From assembly GCA_023137615.1 (NCBI GenBank), contig JAGLOS010000001.1:1067-65066 (forward strand): a stretch of DNA of 64,000 nt, given 5' to 3'. Below the pieces are notes generated by a model, which was given only the letters and a program-made list of their open reading frames with translations, was not told the DNA's origin and searched no databases. This document shows, piece after piece, positions 1 through 10,127 of the stretch. Source of the stretch: Minisyncoccota bacterium. GTDB taxonomy: Bacteria > Patescibacteriota > Minisyncoccia > Phycocordibacterales > JAGLOS01. Position 1 is the first letter of the stretch. Each line of letters opens with the position of its first letter. The position numbers and the translations under genes were made by a program.

Positions 1-86
1 TTATATCTTTCAAGAGATCTAGATATTGATATTCCGGATGTTTTTTGTTTTTATCCATACAAAATGAAAATTTATTTACTAACTAT

Positions 87-641
87 TTACTTTTCTTGTC
101 CTTTTTTCTTAGGAGTAAAATTATTCCAATTGTCTCCATTGTACCTCCCCGTTTTTTTATAGTCGCGCTTCACAGGTGAAGCAAGTTTGGAAAACAAAAG
201 CTGAGCAATCTCCATTTTTGGACGCAGAACAATGGGCACATTATTTAAATTACACAATTCCAACGTGATATTAAGATAGTGTCCGGGATTTATAATACCC
301 GCCGTGTTGTGCACCAAAAGCCCGATCCGTGCCAATGATGACTTTCCGGAAAGCTGTATCAAATAATCTTTTGAACCAAAATAATCCCAAGACACACCAA
401 GAATACTTACTCCGGGATGAAGCACGAATTCCTCACTGTCAGCAATCTCGACTTCTCTTGTTTTGGGGAAGATCTTTTTTACCGGATCAATGTATTGACT
501 TTGATGCGACTCAGTTAGGATAAATTTATTGCCAAGTAAAATATCATAACTTGCCGGCTGAACTCTCTCTTTGTCAAAATCATCAATGCAAATTTTTCCA
601 TTCTCAACTTCTTTTTTAATATCTTCGTCAGAAAGAAACAT
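87..641 (-). CDS. dcd: dCTP deaminase
   Basis: 184 aa. Has ASYDILLG-like motif and overall dCTP deaminase/dUTPase-fold signature with an acidic catalytic region. Confidence 0.75.
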   Translation of the reverse strand: MFLSDEDIKKEVENGKICIDDFDKERVQPASYDILLGNKFILTESHQSQYIDPVKKIFPKTREVEIADSEEFVLHPGVSILGVSWDYFGSKDYLIQLSGKSSLARIGLLVHNTAGIINPGHYLNITLELCNLNNVPIVLRPKMEIAQLLFSKLASPVKRDYKKTGRYNGDNWNNFTPKKKGQEK

Positions 642-654
642 AATTCATTAAATA

Positions 655-1329
655 TTACTCGATAACAAAAATTTTGTCGGTGCCATAATAATCCGGCCAG
701 TTCTCATTATAATGCGCAAACATCCTCTCCAGACGATCCTGCTGTAGTTCCTCAACTTCCAATTTTTGCATAATATCCCGAAGAGATCTTTTTATCTCTT
801 CAACTTCATTTGTGTCCTCAACTACTTTTTCAAATTCAGCCAAATACCCATAACCGGCGTTTTTGTCAATACAAATATTCATGCCGTTGCTTTCATATTC
901 TTCCCTCTGTCGTGACCATTTCGCCTGATATGAAAAATCGCAGTCCAGAAGAATTTTGTCCAATTCGTCCAGCGACATATCAACTTCCGATTCAAATTCC
1001 ATTCGCGATATTCCATTTGAACTTGTTGTGTCGTCAATTGACGCCTTTACCACTAAAATTACAGTGTCATTGAGCTGGCGAGTACGAATAGAATGATCTT
1101 CACCCTCGGTTAATATTTTTTTGAATTTTTCACGTGACCTTTTGGAGACATGCTTTGTCATTTTTTGATACAACAGATCCGTATCGCCATCAATAAAATA
1201 ATGATTGAGTTGTTTATTTTGCGATTTTAATTTTAGGTCCGGATCAAGTTTCTTTAGGTCTTTCTTTAGTTTATCAGCGTTTTCTTTACTGCCAAGCAAA
1301 CTTTTTATCTCTATTTCAAACTGGGACAT
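655..1329 (-). CDS. CYTH-domain protein (class IV adenylyl cyclase / triphosphatase-like)
   Basis: 224 aa. N-terminal EIEIK-type strand and alternating acidic residues typical of the CYTH triphosphate tunnel. Weak call. Confidence 0.4.
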   Translation of the reverse strand: MSQFEIEIKSLLGSKENADKLKKDLKKLDPDLKLKSQNKQLNHYFIDGDTDLLYQKMTKHVSKRSREKFKKILTEGEDHSIRTRQLNDTVILVVKASIDDTTSSNGISRMEFESEVDMSLDELDKILLDCDFSYQAKWSRQREEYESNGMNICIDKNAGYGYLAEFEKVVEDTNEVEEIKRSLRDIMQKLEVEELQQDRLERMFAHYNENWPDYYGTDKIFVIE

Positions 1330-1507
1330 AAATTTGATATCATTAATGCTTATAATCAGCTTTTCTTAAGTATAATACATACACAAGCACTGGAACAAAC
1401 AGTATATCTGTGGCATAACACACAAAAAGAACCGCTCTATAAAGCGGTTCTTTTTGTCCTGTGTCACAAGCATAGCAACCTGTGGACAGTCGTTCGATCG
1501 ATACCGG

Positions 1508-2053
1508 CTATTCACTCATCACTTTATCAATTGCCCCAAAGAGTTCTTCAATAGACCCATCGTTTTTAATGACAATATCGGCATGCACTTCGAGTTCGTG
1601 TATTTCTATTTCTGCTTCCTGTTCTTGTTCTTTTTGGAATATTTCAAATGTTTTTCCTTTATCATCAACATTTTGTGTACGCTTTGTAATACGATCGTAT
1701 CTTGATTCAAGTGATCCTTTTATATACAACAGCTTAAATTCCGGAAGCTCATGTAAAGATCTGATGTCGCCCAGACGACGAACACCATCAACAACGATAA
1801 CATCATGCGGATCTCTGGAAACTTCTTGCGACACTACTTTAGCAAAAAGATCTTCTCCGTACGTTTTTCTTAGTATCGTTGAAAGCTCTCCTAAATTTTT
1901 TCTACTCTGCTCCAAACGAAGCCGATCGAGAATATCTCGAAGAGGTGTTGAAAATTTATGTGAGACCGCACCGTATTTTTCCGTAAGATATCTTGCAACG
2001 GTACTTTTTCCACTTCCCATTTCACCGGTCAATCCAATAATGTGTTTTTTCAT
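1508..2053 (-). CDS. P-loop nucleotide/nucleoside kinase (dephospho-CoA kinase / dNMP kinase-like)
   Basis: 181 aa. Walker A IGLTGEMGSGKST at the N-terminus, a small kinase fold with DG..R lid region. Confidence 0.5.
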   Translation of the reverse strand: MKKHIIGLTGEMGSGKSTVARYLTEKYGAVSHKFSTPLRDILDRLRLEQSRKNLGELSTILRKTYGEDLFAKVVSQEVSRDPHDVIVVDGVRRLGDIRSLHELPEFKLLYIKGSLESRYDRITKRTQNVDDKGKTFEIFQKEQEQEAEIEIHELEVHADIVIKNDGSIEELFGAIDKVMSE

Positions 2054-2193
2054 GTCCCTTTGTATATTTTAAATACGATCTTAAATTTATAATCGCCTCT
2101 TTATTATTTTATATTCTGCAACACACAACAGTATACTACACACGCCCCTGACAAACAAAAAACTCCGCATATGCGGAGCTTTTTGTTCTTTCT

Positions 2194-2619
2194 TTATACT
2201 TCTACTTCTACACCCATGGAGCGACATGAACCTTCAATGATCTTCGACGCCGCTTCTATGTCATTTGCATTAAGATCCTCCTTTTTTATTTCAGCGATCT
2301 CCCTAATCTGTTGTTTGGTGATCTTTCCAACTTTTTTTGTCGTGTTCTTACCCGATCCTTTCGGAATACCGACTGCTTTCAAAATAAGCGACGAAGCCGG
2401 AGGGCTTTTGAGAATAAAATCGAACGAACGGTCGTCATAGACACTGATCACTGTCGATACGATGTCTCCCATCATCTCTTTGGTTTTATCGTTGAATTGA
2501 TTTACAAACTCACCAATATTGATCCCTGCCTGACCAAGAGCCGGACCCAATGGCGGTGCCGGATTTGCTTTACCTGCCGGAATTTGTAATTTGATCACTT
2601 TCGTTACTTTTTTTGCCAT
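2194..2619 (-). CDS. rplK: 50S ribosomal protein L11
   Basis: 141 aa. Contains the conserved L11 stretch [26 protein letters not shown]. Confidence 0.92.
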   Translation of the reverse strand: MAKKVTKVIKLQIPAGKANPAPPLGPALGQAGINIGEFVNQFNDKTKEMMGDIVSTVISVYDDRSFDFILKSPPASSLILKAVGIPKGSGKNTTKKVGKITKQQIREIAEIKKEDLNANDIEAASKIIEGSCRSMGVEVEV

Positions 2620-2675
2620 AATTTTAGTTTTTAGTTTGTAGTAATATATTTCTTTGACCCTTGTGAGAAGCGAAC

Positions 2676-3221
2676 TTATACTTTCTTCACCTGAAGGAAA
2701 TCAAGCTCCACAGGAGTTTCTCTTCCAAACATTGATACCAATATCTTAACTTTTCCGCGTTCTTCGTCAACCTCTGACACTTTTCCTTCAAGTTCTTTAA
2801 ACGGACCGTCTACGATAGTTACCGAATCATCTATATTCAGATCGATCTTATGTTTTATCGTTTCTGAATTCATTCGACTAAAGAGGGCGTCTACTTCTGT
2901 TTTATCCAAAGGAACAGGTGTTACGCCCGAACCAACAAACCCGGTTACCCGCGGAGTATTACGTACCACATACCATGAATCATCGGTTACGATCATATCC
3001 ACCATTACATAACCCGGATATATCTTTTCTTCAACTTCAACGCGCTTACCTCCTTTGATCTTGATCTTTTTCTCCATCGGCACTGTCACGCTAAAGATCT
3101 TGTCTTCCATACTCAGTGACTCAATACGTTGTTTAAGATTACGACATACGGCATTCTCATACCCCACATAAGTATGGATCGCGTACCAATTTCGTTCTGC
3201 TTTTATCTCTTGTTTTGCCAT
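2676..3221 (-). CDS. nusG: transcription termination/antitermination factor NusG
   Basis: 181 aa. N-terminal NGN domain ([11 protein letters not shown]) and C-terminal KOW domain ([14 protein letters not shown]). Sits between secE and rplK. Confidence 0.9.
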   Translation of the reverse strand: MAKQEIKAERNWYAIHTYVGYENAVCRNLKQRIESLSMEDKIFSVTVPMEKKIKIKGGKRVEVEEKIYPGYVMVDMIVTDDSWYVVRNTPRVTGFVGSGVTPVPLDKTEVDALFSRMNSETIKHKIDLNIDDSVTIVDGPFKELEGKVSEVDEERGKVKILVSMFGRETPVELDFLQVKKV

Positions 3222-3227
3222 ATAAAT

Positions 3228-3413
3228 TTATTTAAGTTCCATTACAAACTGCAGTATCCTTGAAAAACCAAGATCTGCTACTCCTAAAAAGACTGCCGTG
3301 ATGATAGAAATAATAATTACCACGATCGTAAAGTAAGTTATCTGCTTTTGTGTCGGCCAACTAACGTGTTTTAGCTCTGCCTGTGTTTCTTTTAGATATT
3401 GTCCTAATCCCAT
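3228..3413 (-). CDS. secE: preprotein translocase subunit SecE
   Basis: 61 aa with a single TM helix, immediately upstream of nusG in the conserved order. Confidence 0.75.
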   Translation of the reverse strand: MGLGQYLKETQAELKHVSWPTQKQITYFTIVVIIISIITAVFLGVADLGFSRILQFVMELK

Positions 3414-3619
3414 AATAATTTTCTTATTATTAGTCGTATATTAAAAACCGCCCCTATCGGGCTTGTTCTTTATATTACCCACATTCACAAAAAAGTCAAT
3501 ACCATGACAATGTCTAAATACCCACCTTTTGGTTATCTTACAAATGGTTTTATGTTCATTTTTTGTGTATTATATATATTGTAAAGTAGTTTTTATAAAT
3601 TTAAGTATTAAATATCAAT

Positions 3620-4069
3620 ATGGATGAACAACCAACAACACAACAAAATGGAGAAGTTCCTTTTGAACAGTCTTCTGGCAATACACCCACACCGGCACCA
3701 ACACAAAAAAATGCCGAAGGGTGGTCATGGGGAGGTTTTATGTTTGAGCCAATACTCATTATCGCTACCAAAAAATATGTTTATCTGCTCTTCTTTTTTT
3801 TATATTTGATCCCGCTTATCAACTTCATCGCGATTATCGGAATAAAGATCTTCTTTGGTCTCAAGGGACGCGAAATTGTAATGCAAAGCCCCGCTTTCAG
3901 CAACAGTGACGAAGCACGGGGATTCATGAAAGGTCTCGACCATGCGGGATTTATAAGTTTTATTTTCACGGTCGTTATGTTTGCACTATCTTTCCTCTTT
4001 CTAGGCGCGTTGTTCAGCGGTTTGCTTAGTGGCGGAATGGAAATATCTCCGGATATCTACGGATATTAA
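3620..4069 (+). CDS. hypothetical membrane protein
   Basis: 149 aa. Low-complexity N-terminus followed by three predicted TM helices. No recognisable domain. Confidence 0.45.
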   Translation: MDEQPTTQQNGEVPFEQSSGNTPTPAPTQKNAEGWSWGGFMFEPILIIATKKYVYLLFFFLYLIPLINFIAIIGIKIFFGLKGREIVMQSPAFSNSDEARGFMKGLDHAGFISFIFTVVMFALSFLFLGALFSGLLSGGMEISPDIYGY

Positions 4070-4088
4070 ACTCAACCTCCAAAAAACA

Positions 4089-4112
4089 AAAAGCTCCGAA
4101 TTCGGAGCTTTT
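4089..4112. terminator. bidirectional rho-independent terminator hairpin
   Basis: aaagctccgaattcggagcttt stem-loop flanked by A-run and T-run, between convergent genes. Confidence 0.6.
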
Positions 4113-4131
4113 TGTTTTTATGCAAAGATCC

Positions 4132-5466
4132 CTACAAATTTTGCTCTTGATGTGTGAGGTTGTGTACACATTTCTTGAACAAATCACCTTTTTCTTCAAA
4201 ATTTTTATACAAACTATAGCTCGGTGACGCCGTTGAAAGTAAGCTCATTTTACCTTTTGGTGTATTAGCCGTGCAATATTGCACGGCTTCTTCCATATTA
4301 TCAGTAGAAAGAACTTTTGGAGAATATTCTTTTTCAGTATTTATAAGTTCCCCAATCTTTTTTCCTGTGTCCGGAAGAAGGACAATGGTCGATACCGAAT
4401 ATTCTTTCAATTTTCGCACAAGTCCACTAAACTCATAGCCCCGATCCTCTCCACCCAAGATAATAGATCCAAGTTTTTCCTTAAAAACTTCAATACCCGC
4501 GATTGTTGATTCCGGTGTTGTTGAAATAGCATCATCATAAAAATGAACACCTTTGACATTATCAACATATTCCAATCGATGAGGCAGTCCATAAAATTGT
4601 GAGATCGATCTTTCAATAACATTATTCTCAACCCCTAATAAATGTGTCGCGGAAATAACAGCAAGAACATTATCTTTATTATGATCACCGGGTATTTTTA
4701 CTGCGCCAACGGGAAATATCTTATTTCCACCTTCATAAAACCATTTTTCGTCATACCACACATTATCTTGTTCACCATATATTATTTTTTTTGCTTTGGT
4801 TTCTAACTCTGTCAATTTTTCATATTGTTTGTTTACAATAAGAAGATCTTCTTCGGATTGACCGCGCGTAATATTTTTTTTTGCGTTGAAATAATTATCA
4901 AATCCTCCGTGGTAGGTAAGATGATCCGGGAATAAGCTTGTAATAATTGCGATATGCGGATGAATATGCGTGCCTTCAAGTTGATAGCTGGAAAGCTCAC
5001 AAACAAAAGTAGTATTTTTACACTCAACGTATTTGAGAGCGGGAACACCTATATTTCCGATAAGTTCTGTTTGCCTGCCATCCTCTTTGAGTACCTCAAA
5101 AAGCATGGATACAACCGTACTCTTGCCCTTAGAGCCGGTAACACCAACAACAGTATTAGACGAATCTATAGAATCAAAAAATATTTGAGTCGCTGATGTT
5201 ATTTTTTCAGCAAGTGGTTTAAGCTCGGGCGACATAGAGATCCCCGGTGTTTTTATAATAACGTCAAAATCTCCAAGACTATCTTGATAATTTTCCCCTT
5301 TTAAAAGGCTCACATTTTTATCTGAGCAAGATAAATTTTCATTCTGGTCTGCTATAGCAAAATGTTTATCCGGAAAATATTTTCTGAGCACACGAAGAGT
5401 TTCCACACCTTCCCTGCCAAACCCAAGTAAAACTATTTTTTTATTTCCAAGAGTGCTGATATTCAT
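4132..5466 (-). CDS. murD: UDP-N-acetylmuramoyl-L-alanine--glutamate ligase (MurD family)
   Basis: 444 aa. N-terminal Rossmann LLGFGREG and Mur ligase P-loop GVTGSKGKST, plus C-terminal Mur ligase domain. Confidence 0.85.
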   Translation of the reverse strand: MNISTLGNKKIVLLGFGREGVETLRVLRKYFPDKHFAIADQNENLSCSDKNVSLLKGENYQDSLGDFDVIIKTPGISMSPELKPLAEKITSATQIFFDSIDSSNTVVGVTGSKGKSTVVSMLFEVLKEDGRQTELIGNIGVPALKYVECKNTTFVCELSSYQLEGTHIHPHIAIITSLFPDHLTYHGGFDNYFNAKKNITRGQSEEDLLIVNKQYEKLTELETKAKKIIYGEQDNVWYDEKWFYEGGNKIFPVGAVKIPGDHNKDNVLAVISATHLLGVENNVIERSISQFYGLPHRLEYVDNVKGVHFYDDAISTTPESTIAGIEVFKEKLGSIILGGEDRGYEFSGLVRKLKEYSVSTIVLLPDTGKKIGELINTEKEYSPKVLSTDNMEEAVQYCTANTPKGKMSLLSTASPSYSLYKNFEEKGDLFKKCVHNLTHQEQNL

Positions 5467-6866
5467 AATTTTTTGATAATATTTCTAAACTCCTGCGGAA
5501 CAGTATCTACAGAGCTTACGGTAAGAGCTTCTTTTATAAGTCTATCCGGATCTTCAACGTTTCCAAGAATGTTGTCGTCAAAATATTTCATAATAAAGTC
5601 ATTTGCATATTCCCCTTTTCTACTTGCTAATATAAATGCTGCCATACTTTCCTCCAGTGTTCCTACACACTCAAAAGGCTTGAACTTATGTTTACCAATA
5701 AGAGAAAGAAAAAGGGGCTGAAGTTTTTCGTCCGCAAAAAGATTTTTACCAAATATTTTTACAACCTCTTCTTTAGGAAGAAAGGCAGATAAAGCCAAGA
5801 AAATAAAAGCACACTTAGGACAAAAGCCGCACCATTTCCCCTTAGGTTTTTCTTTTGTTATTGTCCAATTCGCGTTACAACTCGCAAAAAGTGGAAAATA
5901 ATCTTTGTATTGTGAAAATATTTTTATTATCTTAAGCTCGCAAAGAGGTCGCAGTAGACTGAAAACTTCAATACTGGGAGTAATATACTTATGTAGATAT
6001 TCTGAGAAAGCTTTTTCAAACGTTAGACTTTTGCTGTACTGATGATTTATGACTTCACCAAGGTACTCTACATTTCCCTCGTCCGCACTTTTTTCAATTG
6101 AATGAACAACATGTTTATAGCCAAACAATATACAAAACACCACAGAAAGAAAGTTGATATACGCTGTAATGGGAATATGTCCATTATACGCACCCTCTTC
6201 GTTGAGACGGAAAAGCTCCGGCGATAATTCTCTTTTAATATATAGAGTTCCCTTTCCGGCTTTTTCCGCTATCTTCCGGATCGTCTCATTCTCCCCGTAT
6301 CTTAAAAGATCAAAATCTATTTCTTCGTGCTTCATTAATTCTGTCGCCACAATGGAATCTTTGCCTCCGCCTAAGAGCACCAGTGTACGCGAAGGAAGTT
6401 TCACCTCGGAAGCAGAGCTATGAACATCTTTCTCAAAGGGAAAATTAACAAGACCCCTAAAATCAATATTATTCTTGAAAAAGAATTCGCCAAGACCCTT
6501 GGTGTAAATATCATTCCAAAAAACAGCTTGTTCTTTTGAGAGATTGCCCGAGGAAATTTTTATCTCAGGAGGACAATATATTTTATAATAACTTACCCCC
6601 GCTATTAAATGGAGGTTAAATAATGCTTTATCTAATAATTCTTTATCAAATTCAAAATAATCATTGTCCGGTAGTTTTATTTTTTCACAGAAAAAAACGT
6701 TACTATCAAGAGAATAAAAAAGTTTAATTTCTCTCTTTTCTTTATTGAATTCATACGATTCAAATATAAAAGTCTTGTACTTACCCATGTAGGAATAATA
6801 CAATGTTATTTGTAATTTATAAACCGGTTTAACTCTCGTTGAAAGTGGTTTTACCCTAAATATCAT
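5463..6866 (-). CDS. PP-loop ATP pyrophosphatase-superfamily protein; candidate MurL-type UDP-MurNAc-L-Ala-L-Glu epimerase
   Basis: 467 aa. PP-loop LVLLGGGKDS and Cys cluster WCGFCPKC. Its stop overlaps the murD start by 4 bp, suggesting translational coupling. The MurL assignment is inference only. Confidence 0.5.
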   Translation of the reverse strand: MIFRVKPLSTRVKPVYKLQITLYYSYMGKYKTFIFESYEFNKEKREIKLFYSLDSNVFFCEKIKLPDNDYFEFDKELLDKALFNLHLIAGVSYYKIYCPPEIKISSGNLSKEQAVFWNDIYTKGLGEFFFKNNIDFRGLVNFPFEKDVHSSASEVKLPSRTLVLLGGGKDSIVATELMKHEEIDFDLLRYGENETIRKIAEKAGKGTLYIKRELSPELFRLNEEGAYNGHIPITAYINFLSVVFCILFGYKHVVHSIEKSADEGNVEYLGEVINHQYSKSLTFEKAFSEYLHKYITPSIEVFSLLRPLCELKIIKIFSQYKDYFPLFASCNANWTITKEKPKGKWCGFCPKCAFIFLALSAFLPKEEVVKIFGKNLFADEKLQPLFLSLIGKHKFKPFECVGTLEESMAAFILASRKGEYANDFIMKYFDDNILGNVEDPDRLIKEALTVSSVDTVPQEFRNIIKKL

Positions 6867-7078
6867 CTACAACAATGAATCGCCCCCCCAGCAAAGCTAC
6901 GGGGTATCAGTGGTTACTCCATACTCTCAAACAAATTCGATCGTACTTGGTAAACTGCTTGTAAGGAGAGATCCCTTATACTTTGTTACACCTCATACAT
7001 TAACCCACGCAGTAGAACTGCGAAGAATTCTTTTTGATTAAAAGTGTTTTGGGGTCATTTATATACTATATGTTATTC

Positions 7079-7459
7079 CTATGAGGATCCGAGGATGTCT
7101 TCTATTCGTGCAATGATCCCATCAAGACTGTAATCCGACTTTACCACATATCCTTTTACTCCAAGTTCAAGCCCCTCACTTATCTTTTCATTATCAGAAA
7201 AATTTGAACTTATGAGTACAGGTGTCTGTGATTCACCGTTTTTCTCTTTAAGAGCACGTAAAAATTCAAGTCCATCCATTTTGGGCATTTTTATATCAAG
7301 AACAATAAGATCAGGATGTTCTTCTCCTACTTTCAAGAGTCCTTCTTCCCCATCTTCCGCAGAAACAACTTCATATTTGTCCGCATAAGATTTACTAAAT
7401 GTGTCTCGAAATATCTTCAAAAAGATCTTGTCGTCATCTATAATAAGTATTTTTTTCAT
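7079..7459 (-). CDS. response regulator, stand-alone receiver domain
   Basis: 126 aa CheY-like. DDD acidic pocket, phospho-acceptor Asp in LDIKMP, conserved Thr and Lys. Confidence 0.8.
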   Translation of the reverse strand: MKKILIIDDDKIFLKIFRDTFSKSYADKYEVVSAEDGEEGLLKVGEEHPDLIVLDIKMPKMDGLEFLRALKEKNGESQTPVLISSNFSDNEKISEGLELGVKGYVVKSDYSLDGIIARIEDILGSS

Positions 7460-7474
7460 ATTGCTTTCACTATA

Positions 7475-9247
7475 TTAAATATTTATCGTAAAGTAAAAAG
7501 TACTTCCTTTCCCCTCTTGTGACGCAACACCGACAAACCCTCCGTGGGCCTCTATTACGCCTTTTACCACAACAAGTCCCAGTCCCAAGCTTGTTCTGCT
7601 TTCTCCTTTCCTTGTAACAATATTGTCTTTGTCAAATTTGGTAAACAACGCCCCAATTTTCGATCGTGGAATACCGACACCGGAATCAGTGATTCCAATA
7701 ATAACACAATCCTGTCTTTCTCGAAACGTCACATCCTCCTTTTCTTCTACAAACCACTCAACGCCGGCGGTTTTCGCTTCTCTACTGAGAATTTCTTCTT
7801 TTTTATGACGAAATATATCCACCGAAATAGTCCCGCCGAGTTCGGTATATTTTATTGCATTGGAAAGAAGGTTGTTTAATACCTGTTCGATCCGTATTGA
7901 GTCCATTTCAAGCTCGACCGGCACATTTTCCGAATAATTCATCTCCATTGTTATATTTCTGTCTTTTGCGGCAATGTCGAAGAAATGAAATCTCCCTTGT
8001 ATAACTTGCTTCAATTTAGTTACCCGTGTTGAAAGAATCAATTTTTCATTCTCAATGTTTGAAACATCCAAAAGATCATTTACCAATTCAAGCATTTGAG
8101 ATGACCCTTTGAATATCATTTTTATATATTCATCATATGTCTTCTTGTCTGTCCGTACTGTATCATCATGCATTACTTCACTCACTTTCTTAATACCATC
8201 AAGCGGTCCTCGAAGCTCATGTATCATAAGTGATGTAAATTCTTCCTTGAGCTTCTCTGCCTCTTTCTCCTTTGTCACGTCGTGCAGAACCACTACCCCA
8301 CCGAGGATCTGATCCTTCACAATATCTGCAAAACCTTTGACCGGAGACACGGAAAGCTGAAAAAAATTATCTTCCACTTTTACCTCAGGTGTAATAATGA
8401 TCTTATTCAAAGTAATACTTTCCTTGAGAGTTTCCCGTATATCAAAAGAGTCCCCTAGCCCATTAATAAGATCAAAAATATCAATACTGGAGTTATCTTT
8501 CAACCCAAGGTATCTCTTAGCGGCAGGATTTACCGCCATCACCTTATATTCACGATCAGTCATTACCACACCATCGGTCAAGCTCTCCACCACAGCACTA
8601 AGTTTTGCTTGTTCGGTCTTCACCACTTGCTCAAGTTTTGTAACCGCCTGTGATGCTTGTGCCACTATTTTGTAAAGGATCATAACATCCTGTTCTTTGT
8701 ATTGCTCCTTTCTTGTATGAGCCACTGTAAGTAATCCAACAACCCGCCCACCAATAACAAGTGGGATATTAAAAAAAGACTCGATCTTTTCCGGTGAACC
8801 ATCCAAGACAAGGGCTCCGGAGAGACTTTCTTTGATATCTTTTGTACGAACCTCCTTTTCAAGAAGAGCGGTAAGAGAATCTTCCATCTTTTTTTTAACT
8901 CCATCAACAAATTTTCGGCAAACAGACTCTTTTAGATCGATCTTAAAGGAAACCGGGTTATTTTCTTTTTGATCTACAAGCATGTATGACACCGTGGTAT
9001 ATTCGATGAATTGTCTGAGAGATCCTGTGATCATCTCGACCACCTTTTCGACATCAAGAGAATACCCCATTCCCTCACCCAATTTCTCAAGAACAGCAAG
9101 TTCGTACACCTTACGACGTACCTCGATCTCACAAGCATGTGCTCGTATACGAAACGACCTCTCTCTCCAACAGAGAACACAACCGGCTATCAGCACAATA
9201 ATTCCAATAATTCCAATAAGGGTATTTTCCATACACTCTAAAAACAC
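7475..9247 (-). CDS. sensor histidine kinase (TM-GAF-PAS-HisKA-HATPase)
   Basis: 590 aa. N-terminal TM helix, H-box HELRGPL, N/G boxes (LLSNAIKYT, GLGLVVVKGVIEAHGG). Adjacent to the response regulator. Confidence 0.85.
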   Translation of the reverse strand: MFLECMENTLIGIIGIIVLIAGCVLCWRERSFRIRAHACEIEVRRKVYELAVLEKLGEGMGYSLDVEKVVEMITGSLRQFIEYTTVSYMLVDQKENNPVSFKIDLKESVCRKFVDGVKKKMEDSLTALLEKEVRTKDIKESLSGALVLDGSPEKIESFFNIPLVIGGRVVGLLTVAHTRKEQYKEQDVMILYKIVAQASQAVTKLEQVVKTEQAKLSAVVESLTDGVVMTDREYKVMAVNPAAKRYLGLKDNSSIDIFDLINGLGDSFDIRETLKESITLNKIIITPEVKVEDNFFQLSVSPVKGFADIVKDQILGGVVVLHDVTKEKEAEKLKEEFTSLMIHELRGPLDGIKKVSEVMHDDTVRTDKKTYDEYIKMIFKGSSQMLELVNDLLDVSNIENEKLILSTRVTKLKQVIQGRFHFFDIAAKDRNITMEMNYSENVPVELEMDSIRIEQVLNNLLSNAIKYTELGGTISVDIFRHKKEEILSREAKTAGVEWFVEEKEDVTFRERQDCVIIGITDSGVGIPRSKIGALFTKFDKDNIVTRKGESRTSLGLGLVVVKGVIEAHGGFVGVASQEGKGSTFYFTINI

Positions 9248-9253
9248 ATCCTT

Positions 9254-9526
9254 TTAGCTGTTCTCTTTTTCAACCGCAGGATATTTTTTAAAGATCGATC
9301 CAAGTGTTGCTTTCACTATCTGTCCAGAGAGTTCCACATACTGATCGATCAAATGTTGCAGTGTTTCTTTTGGATCATTCTCTATGGTTATTACCTGCCC
9401 CTCATCTGTTATTGTCAATCCTTTTACGCCACGTGCACGCATGATCGCAATCTCCGGACCCAAGATCACCGCTTGTTTTGAGATGATTTCCGTCATAAGA
9501 CGTTTATATTCTTCTTTGCTTTCCAT
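9254..9526 (-). CDS. hypothetical protein
   Basis: 90 aa, no recognisable motif. Lies immediately upstream of the histidine kinase on the same strand. Confidence 0.4.
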   Translation of the reverse strand: MESKEEYKRLMTEIISKQAVILGPEIAIMRARGVKGLTITDEGQVITIENDPKETLQHLIDQYVELSGQIVKATLGSIFKKYPAVEKENS

Positions 9527-9554
9527 ATAACTAGTAATTTAATGTGATAAATTA

Positions 9555-9944
9555 TTAACGACCCTCTATCGCACGAGCCATTTTGGTTGCGGCGATAGCC
9601 ATCAATATATACCCAATAATAAAAAGTGCGTTATCTACCGTCGAAACATCTTCTATCGGAATAAGTGAAGGATATTCACCAATAGTATACCCTATAAGAA
9701 CCACTGTCATTCCCACACCAAAATAATTCAGGACTTTACCAAAAACACCTCCTCTCATTTTTCTTGCGTTGCGAAAAACAATAATGCTGGTTGCCGCAGC
9801 AATAATAAGTGCACTTCCCAAAGCATAAGTTTTCAATATGCCCGACATTGCAGTAATCTCCTCCAGTGAGAATAAATACTCGGCATGTGCAATGTTCACA
9901 AAAGTAAAAAGGAAGAGGGATATGCTAATAATTATTTTTTTCAT
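9555..9944 (-). CDS. hypothetical membrane protein with signal peptide
   Basis: 129 aa. Signal peptide plus three TM helices. Confidence 0.4.
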   Translation of the reverse strand: MKKIIISISLFLFTFVNIAHAEYLFSLEEITAMSGILKTYALGSALIIAAATSIIVFRNARKMRGGVFGKVLNYFGVGMTVVLIGYTIGEYPSLIPIEDVSTVDNALFIIGYILMAIAATKMARAIEGR

Positions 9945-10127
9945 ATATATAAAAATTTATTACTTGGTAAAATAAGCATACTGGAAAAATCCTCGGTACT
10001 TTAATAATACCATACGAACCCACTTTTAAAGTCAGTGCTTATCCACAAAAATTACTCGTCCTGAAAATTCGTCTACCTCTAAAAATCGAAGAATATACCT
10101 CATATTTCAACTACTAAAGGAACGCTA

